NCBI GenBank assembly: GCA_963697335.1
Contig: CAVONQ010000011.1
Location: 1 to 64,000, forward strand
DNA: 64,000 nucleotides
Reading direction: 5' to 3'
Origin: an uncultured cyanobacterium
GTDB taxonomy: Bacteria; Cyanobacteriota; Cyanobacteriia; PCC-6307; Cyanobiaceae
Every line of letters begins with the position of its first letter. The stretch's first letter is position 1. Below the pieces are notes generated by a model that did not search any database, was not told the DNA's origin, and was given only the letters and a program-made list of their open reading frames with translations. A program made the position numbers and the translations under genes. Shown piece after piece: positions 63,334-64,000 of this stretch.

Positions 63334-64000
63334 ACAGCTCGCCGATGCCATCACTGGCATTGCGACCGCGCCGCAGGCCGCGGTTCTCGCGGGTGGCGAC
63401 CAGGGTGAGATTGCGCCAGCGGAACACCCCCGTGTAGCCGTGGTCGATGAAGGTCACCGGCGAGGTGCCGGTGGCATCCCTCACTTCCAGGCGTCCGCTG
63501 CGGTCGCTGAAGTTGAAGCGCCGCCCATCCGGCTGGGTCACCACGTAGCGGGTGACGCCGTTGTTGCGCTCCACCAGGCGCAGGGAGCAGTCGCCCTCAT
63601 GAAGCAAGCGAGAGCCTTCCAGCAACGTGCAGCGGCCCTCGTAGGTGGTCACCTCGCGGTCGTTGCGCGCCATCCTGCCAAACAGCACCTGGGTCAGTTC
63701 GCGCTCGACCCGCCTGCGGTCTGAGCCCGCCTCCCAGCAGGTTTCGGCGCGCAGGCTGCAGAGGCTGCCATTGCTGAGCTGGAAATCCTGGGGAGCGGGC
63801 CGGCCGATCAGGGAGGTCTGCAGGCGCCGGGCGGCCTGGCTGCCGAACTGGCGTCGGGTCTCATCCAGGGAGATGCCCTCGCTGCTGATGCAGGTCTGGG
63901 CGCGTTGATCGCAGATCACGCCAGCCTCCGGGCTGGAGAGCCCGCGAGGCATCGCCGTCGCCGGGCCGGCGATGGCCAGCATGCCGACGCCCGCGCTGAC
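63320..64000 (-). CDS. YcgJ/Fels-1-like secreted protein (5' end may lie outside the window)
   Basis: Signal-like N-terminus, SPEAGVICD...C...GIS...T...FG, and FQLSNG..C......C. Confidence 0.6.
   Translation of the reverse strand, partial: VSAGVGMLAIAGPATAMPRGLSSPEAGVICDQRAQTCISSEGISLDETRRQFGSQAARRLQTSLIGRPAPQDFQLSNGSLCSLRAETCWEAGSDRRRVERELTQVLFGRMARNDREVTTYEGRCTLLEGSRLLHEGDCSLRLVERNNGVTRYVVTQPDGRRFNFSDRSGRLEVRDATGTSPVTFIDHGYTGVFRWRNLTLVATRENRGLRRGRNASDGIGELFSDR

Overview
High-GC picocyanobacterial (Cyanobium/Synechococcus-like) chromosomal segment. Most of it is conserved housekeeping backbone: queA, sodB, FKBP PPIase, lnt, peroxiredoxin, pdxH, tRNA-Ala(GGC), lexA, argF, ftsH, ribD, a GH116 glycosidase, cbiET, ppnK, pheS, surE, ribF, thiE/thiS, larB, ispF, trmD, era, phoH, rpsP, ffh, ftn2/ARC6, pdhA, a group-2 sigma factor, nnr, mnmA, cobQ and maf. 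There are three accessory patches. (1) A visibly lower-GC islet of about 10.1-17.4 kb lies at the 3' end of tRNA-Ala. It carries a co-oriented stress/dormancy cluster (GGQ-less baeRF/Balon-like protein, CsbD, lmo0937-family small membrane protein, DUF302, plant/fungal-type P3A H+-ATPase), a PhyH-like dioxygenase and a decayed ATPase copy. (2) A patch at about 28.2-30.8 kb has a P-loop ATPase-wHTH gene, a HEPN/MNT (HI0074/HI0073-type) toxin-antitoxin pair and a ~160-nt rod-like inverted-repeat element. (3) An insert between ispF and trmD contains an HU-like orphan and a divergent nfeD/SPFH pair. Both ATPase copies are preceded by the same TTATGGCT-N-AGCCATAA palindrome. Several genes have frameshifts, which look like long-read indel errors. 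No CRISPR array, rRNA or intact transposase/integrase was seen. All calls come from motif recognition by eye, with no database searches.
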